Shown: piece after piece, positions 54,818 to 58,581 of the stretch
Position numbering within the stretch: position 1 is the first letter of the stretch
Layout: each line of letters opens with the position of its first letter
IMG/VR virus record: IMGVR_UViG_3300033993_002218
Location: 64,001 to 122,581 of that record
From: a virus
Lineage: Duplodnaviria; Heunggongvirae; Uroviricota; Caudoviricetes
Strand: one strand, 5' to 3'
Length of the DNA: 58,581 bases
Notes under the pieces: model-generated
What the model was told of the DNA's origin: nothing
Databases searched by the model: none
The model's input: the letters and a program-made list of their open reading frames with translations, nothing else
Position numbers and translations under genes: made by a program

Positions 54818-56452
54818 TTAGTCATAAGCAATATAAGTATATTTCTTAAATGCAACAAAAGAAATAATGTAATTTATAAATTCAGAATTTGTTGGTGTAG
54901 AAATAAGAACAAATTTATTATCAATAGAATCTACAGAATATGATGTTAATGGAGTATTTGTAGAAACATAAGTTGTACCATATTGATTATGAGATACAGT
55001 AATGCCATATCCAACAGCAATCACCTTTGCAGTTTGAATAACATTTTGTTGATTTCTTGCTCTAATGGTATACTCCACAGAATCATATTCATCTATAGAA
55101 AGAGTTGAATCTATTGTAACTGGACTTAAATCGCCATGACTAACAGCAGTATTAGAATTTCCATAAATGACAAAATTATTGATCGATATATTTCCATGAA
55201 CTTCAAGTCTTTCTGATGGATTATTAGTTCCTATACCAACATTAAAGTTCTCATTTCCAATAATCCAAGTACTATTTCCTACACCAATTGCTAATTGATT
55301 ATCACCAGATGAATTGTAGAGTTGAACATTATGTCCAATCGCTATATTGCAAGATCCATTAGATGATGATCCAGCACTATAACCAAAGAAGTTATTATAA
55401 GATCCATTAGATGATGATCCAGCATTATAACCAAAGAAGTTATTATAAGATCCATCTGTGTTGGCAAATCCTGCTTGAGAACCAAAGAAGTTATTATCAG
55501 TTCCAGTGGTGTTAAGATTACCAGAATTATATCCAAAGAAGTTATTAAAAGATCCAAGAGTATTATATCTACCAGAATACTTACCTAAAAAGTTGTTATG
55601 ATATCCAGCAATACTACAACATCCCGAACCTTTACCGAAGAAGTTATTATCAGATCCATCACTATTATTTAATCCCGAATCGATGCCAAAGAAGTTATTA
55701 CGAGATCCAGAAGTATTATTAAGTCCCGCACAAGCACCAAAGAAGTTATTGTTACTTCCAAATGTAGTACAATTACCAGCATTACATCCTACAAAGAAAT
55801 TATTTGCTGCACTTGTAATGGAAGGTAATGATGTATTACATGAAATAAAGTTTGAAGTGCAGCAGGCAATGATTGCACCAGAACCACCAACTACAGTGCT
55901 GATTCCCGGTTGATACCATATATCACCATCGCAAGGATCAACTGGTGCTTCTGTAGAAATATATCTTGCCCCATAAGCATTACTTGCCGAAGTAATGCCT
56001 ATTGTTGCTCCAATAGAAATAATTGGATTTGAGCAACCATATCCAATTTGAATTACAAAGACACTTCCGATTCCTGTATTACCACCAGATCCTCCATTAC
56101 TTGATCCATAATAAGTTGCTCTTTCTCTTACATGAACCATACCCTCATACACTCTTGTCACATTACCATTGACATCTTCTATCACGATGTCATAAATGTA
56201 TCTTCCAGGTTTTATGTTTGAAGTTTCTTCTGAAGTTAAAGAAATTTCAACCTGTCCAAGAGTTGGTGGATCTACTATTACAGTTGCGAAAGTTACTGAA
56301 GCGGCACTACCAGTCCACTTCCTCATCTGAGAAGCTACAATATAATTGGTTAAATCAATTGCAGAATTGGAATTGGAGTCCTTTAATGAAAAAATTTGGC
56401 TAAAGTCCGCGCCAGCATTAATGACTATATTATTTACATATACTGGTGCCAT
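54818..56452 (-). CDS. Fibre/baseplate-attachment protein with BppU-like N-terminus and 14-aa repeats
   Basis: N.VINAGADFSQIF...LT.EET..IKPGRYIYDI N-domain; GDIWY motif; NNFFG repeats; late promoter TATAAATA at 56476-56483. Confidence 0.75.
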   Translation of the reverse strand: MAPVYVNNIVINAGADFSQIFSLKDSNSNSAIDLTNYIVASQMRKWTGSAASVTFATVIVDPPTLGQVEISLTSEETSNIKPGRYIYDIVIEDVNGNVTRVYEGMVHVRERATYYGSSNGGSGGNTGIGSVFVIQIGYGCSNPIISIGATIGITSASNAYGARYISTEAPVDPCDGDIWYQPGISTVVGGSGAIIACCTSNFISCNTSLPSITSAANNFFVGCNAGNCTTFGSNNNFFGACAGLNNTSGSRNNFFGIDSGLNNSDGSDNNFFGKGSGCCSIAGYHNNFLGKYSGRYNTLGSFNNFFGYNSGNLNTTGTDNNFFGSQAGFANTDGSYNNFFGYNAGSSSNGSYNNFFGYSAGSSSNGSCNIAIGHNVQLYNSSGDNQLAIGVGNSTWIIGNENFNVGIGTNNPSERLEVHGNISINNFVIYGNSNTAVSHGDLSPVTIDSTLSIDEYDSVEYTIRARNQQNVIQTAKVIAVGYGITVSHNQYGTTYVSTNTPLTSYSVDSIDNKFVLISTPTNSEFINYIISFVAFKKYTYIAYD

Positions 56453-56475
56453 TTTTTAAATGTTCCCCTACTCTT

Positions 56476-56483
56476 TATTTATA
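56476..56483 (-). promoter_or_regulatory. T4-type late promoter TATAAATA
   Basis: Exact consensus upstream of the 56452 start. Confidence 0.7.
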
Positions 56484-56496
56484 ATTGTATTAAAAA

Positions 56497-56571
56497 TCAA
56501 AGATCTTGTGTGAGGGACATTATAAACATAAAGATTCCGAAGAGTATGAAAACTGTGAGAATGAAAAACAT
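56497..56571 (-). CDS. Hydrophobic micro-peptide, 24 aa
   Basis: Manual translation: MFFILTVFILFGIFMFIMSLTQDL. Confidence 0.4.
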   Translation of the reverse strand: MFFILTVFILFGIFMFIMSLTQDL

Positions 56572-56575
56572 ATTC

Positions 56576-56695
56576 TTAAAAATACATTACTGAAAGAGTA
56601 AATATGACGAATATGATAACTGTGAACATCATAATTCCTACTCCTGCCCAGATTATCCAAGGTTCCATAGGTTCGTGTTGAGGATTGTGAGACAT
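56576..56695 (-). CDS. Single-TM micro-protein, 39 aa
   Basis: MSHNPQHEPMEPWIIWAGVGIMMFTVIIFVIFTLSVMYF. Confidence 0.55.
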   Translation of the reverse strand: MSHNPQHEPMEPWIIWAGVGIMMFTVIIFVIFTLSVMYF

Positions 56696-56708
56696 ATTAT
56701 TGGTGCTT

Positions 56709-56969
56709 TTAATTATTGGGTTTATCATTAGTATCTCGTTCCTGAATTCCGACTTCCATTGCATTCATTGTAAAATTATATGCATTGACTTTTTGATTTT
56801 TACTAACTTTACTAATATAGTAAATACGTCCTATATCATCTTTAAGTTGATTCAGTTGTGTTTGAATTCCTTCCATTGATGCATAATTAGAAGTTGTTGA
56901 AAAGTCCTCTGGATAACTTACAAAAGCATCTTCCAGTGTTTTGATTTGTTCTGTTGTTAGTTGTTTCAT
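56709..56969 (-). CDS. Hypothetical protein
   Basis: 86-aa ORF; TTGACA-18 nt-TAAGAT upstream. Confidence 0.5.
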   Translation of the reverse strand: MKQLTTEQIKTLEDAFVSYPEDFSTTSNYASMEGIQTQLNQLKDDIGRIYYISKVSKNQKVNAYNFTMNAMEVGIQERDTNDKPNN

Positions 56970-57015
56970 ATGTTTTGGGGTTTATGAGCATCTTAGCAGA
57001 GTTGGGAGTCTTATG

Positions 57016-57165
57016 TCAATAAAAAGCATCTTTATTTAATTTATAAGTCTTTCCATTTACTGTAATTTTACCATCACCTTCTCCTGTCAATGCTTTTCGT
57101 AATTGTTTACTTGCAACAGGGTCTCTGAGTATCTCTTCTAGTTTTTTACTTATAGGTAATTTCAT
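57016..57165 (-). CDS. Small hypothetical protein, 49 aa
   Basis: MKLPISKKLEEILRDPVASKQLRKALTGEGDGKITVNGKTYKLNKDAFY (C-terminal part of the tracked ORF). Confidence 0.5.
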   Translation of the reverse strand: MKLPISKKLEEILRDPVASKQLRKALTGEGDGKITVNGKTYKLNKDAFY

Positions 57166-57169
57166 AGTC

Positions 57170-57325
57170 TTATTGGTGCTTTTGTAAATATGCAACCAAA
57201 TCTTTAAGGTAGTCAGATGCCTTATCCCAATCCCCATTAAACCTATCATTAAGTTCTTGATAAATTTTTTCTGCATTTTCAGGTGCTAGATTGGTTGCCT
57301 CAATAAATCCTTCTTTAGTAATCAT
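57170..57325 (-). CDS. Small hypothetical protein, 51 aa
   Basis: Manual translation: MITKEGFIEATNLAPENAEKIYQELNDRFNGDWDKASDYLKDLVAYLQKHQ. Confidence 0.5.
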   Translation of the reverse strand: MITKEGFIEATNLAPENAEKIYQELNDRFNGDWDKASDYLKDLVAYLQKHQ

Positions 57326-57944
57326 AATGTTTTAATGTTTTTTCTGTAAGGTTAATAATTTCTACTATGGGCAATTCTATCACATAACACTCCGTATATC
57401 CACTATCCGTGGTCTCAAAATCAATTTTATAATTTTGATATTTTTGGTGGATGAATTTTTCAAGATGATGGACTTGATAGTGAATTCCTTTCCATATCTT
57501 AATAACACTATGCAATTTATTTTTGGTGTGGTTTGCTAATTTATTGAAACTTCTACCAACCTTATAAACCAATTTACCTTCAAGATAGACAATAACCAAA
57601 TACAAATAATCAGTATCAAAATATCTTTCTTTCCAAGGATTTTGGTAGTTATTTCCTTGTAGTTTTTCGCCATATTTTTTGACTCTTTCATCAGTTTCTT
57701 TGGTTAATCCTTTATTCCAAACTTTTTGACCTGTTTTCTTTCCTTTATTCCAAGGTTCTTTACCAACCTGCCATTCAGAAAAGTTTCTTGTTACACCAAT
57801 TGTTTTAAGATACTTATATACGGAAACTCTTGGTATGTTTAGTTGTCTTCCAATTTCGTGGGAGGATAAACCAGACAAATACATTTGTTTCCAAATCTCC
57901 CTATCCTTATCAGTATATTTTATATTCATTTGTGGTCTGCTCAC
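57315..57944 (-). CDS. Putative free-standing homing endonuclease (HTH + NUMOD-like repeats + GIY-YIG/T5orf172-like domain)
   Basis: HTH GLSSHEIGRQLNIPRVSVYKYL; PWNKGKK and VWNKGLTK repeats; YLYLV...YKVGRS...LEKFIH...GYTECY; GTG start. Confidence 0.65.
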   Translation of the reverse strand: MSRPQMNIKYTDKDREIWKQMYLSGLSSHEIGRQLNIPRVSVYKYLKTIGVTRNFSEWQVGKEPWNKGKKTGQKVWNKGLTKETDERVKKYGEKLQGNNYQNPWKERYFDTDYLYLVIVYLEGKLVYKVGRSFNKLANHTKNKLHSVIKIWKGIHYQVHHLEKFIHQKYQNYKIDFETTDSGYTECYVIELPIVEIINLTEKTLKHYDY

Positions 57945-57953
57945 GGATATTAT

Positions 57954-57961
57954 TATTTATA
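57954..57961 (-). promoter_or_regulatory. T4-type late promoter TATAAATA
   Basis: Exact consensus overlapping the U-tract of the psbA terminator. Confidence 0.7.
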
Positions 57962-57986
57962 AAAAAGAGACCTTTACAGGTCTCTT
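57961..57986 (-). terminator. Intrinsic terminator after psbA
   Basis: AAGAGACCT-GTAA-AGGTCTCTT followed by a T-tract. Confidence 0.85.
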
Positions 57987-58012
57987 CATTATATCACAAT
58001 TTAGTGATTATA

Positions 58013-58581
58013 TCAACCGATAGAAGGAGCAGTTAGAGCAACCGAAGTTGTTTCTGCTGCAGCCAAATCTAAAGGAAAATTATGTGCATTTCTCTCGTGC
58101 ATAACTTCCATACCCAACCCAGATTTGTTCAATATGTCCGCCCAAGTAGGAATTACCCGGTTTTGACTATCCAGAATACTCTGATTGAAATTTAGTCCGT
58201 TGAGGTTGAATGCCATAGTGCTTACGCCTAGAGCAGTAAACCAGATGCCCACAACGGGCCAAGCGGCGAGGAAGAAGTGAAGTGAACGAGAATTATTGAA
58301 CGAAGCATATTGGAAAATGAGTCGTCCAAAGTAACCGTGAGCCAATTGTCCAAAAGTTTCCTTAAGGGTTGGACTATATCTTCACCTATTAAAGGTGCTG
58401 GGCGCTCTTGCCTGTTATTAAGGGAACTGTATCCCTCAGGTAGTCTCTGAACCTTTCCTAGATGTATCTAGGACTTGGATGCTGATTGCCATATCCATAA
58501 AGGACTTAGGTTTCCAGCAGTTCACCCAGTTTAACGTGACCCGCTCTGTCAAGCCACGATGTTATAAGTCTCTTCTTCTTG
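58013..58581 (-). CDS. psbA: Photosystem II D1 protein, 3' part, split by an intron (exons >58581-58552 and 58342-58013)
   Basis: [10 protein letters not shown] | [29 protein letters not shown]...[23 protein letters not shown]. The tracked ORF's TTG 'Met' is actually the intron 3' end. Confidence 0.97.
58343..58551 (-). ncRNA. Group I self-splicing intron (209 nt) in psbA between Ala250 and Ala251
   Basis: 5' exon ends in U and the intron ends in G. P1 CGUGGCU/GGUCACG with U-G at the splice site; P10 GAGC/GCUC; P AACTGCTGGAAA; Q AATCAGC; R GTTCAGAGACTA; S AAGATATAGTCC. Removal restores the D1 frame. Confidence 0.95.

Noticed and set aside
58549-58551. In-frame TGA in psbA as stop-codon recoding or a pseudogene
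   Set aside because: It is the first three bases of the group I intron; splicing restores an intact D1 frame.

Overview
AT-rich 58.6-kb segment of a large T4-like cyanomyophage genome (Kyanoviridae-like; host probably Synechococcus/Cyanobium, judged from psbA, talC and the D1 C-terminus). Most genes are on the minus strand. Order by coordinate: tail-fibre/structural genes (1-8.8 kb); an HNH gene and a three-tRNA cluster (9.2-10.4 kb); 2OG-Fe(II) oxygenases; a gp38-like adhesin and a long collagen-containing fibre; the baseplate hub module (gp5, gp51, gp26); a plus-strand gp4-gp2-gp48-gp53 block; gp32, gp59, gp33, exonuclease, phoH, thyX and glutaredoxin; an accessory fibre and modifying-enzyme island (42.4-56.5 kb) containing talC; and the 3' end of psbA. 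Main highlights: (1) two ORF-less group I introns, one in tRNA-Leu(UAA) and one in psbA between Ala250 and Ala251, each followed by a free-standing endonuclease-like gene with its own T4 late promoter (putative collaborative homing); (2) structurally non-canonical tRNAs; (3) a glutamine riboswitch plus an NtcA box overlapping the -35, upstream of a DUF4278 micro-protein and a coupled basic peptide; (4) paralogous island genes sharing a 193-bp identical block. Product calls come from my recognition of motifs and synteny; no database searches were run.
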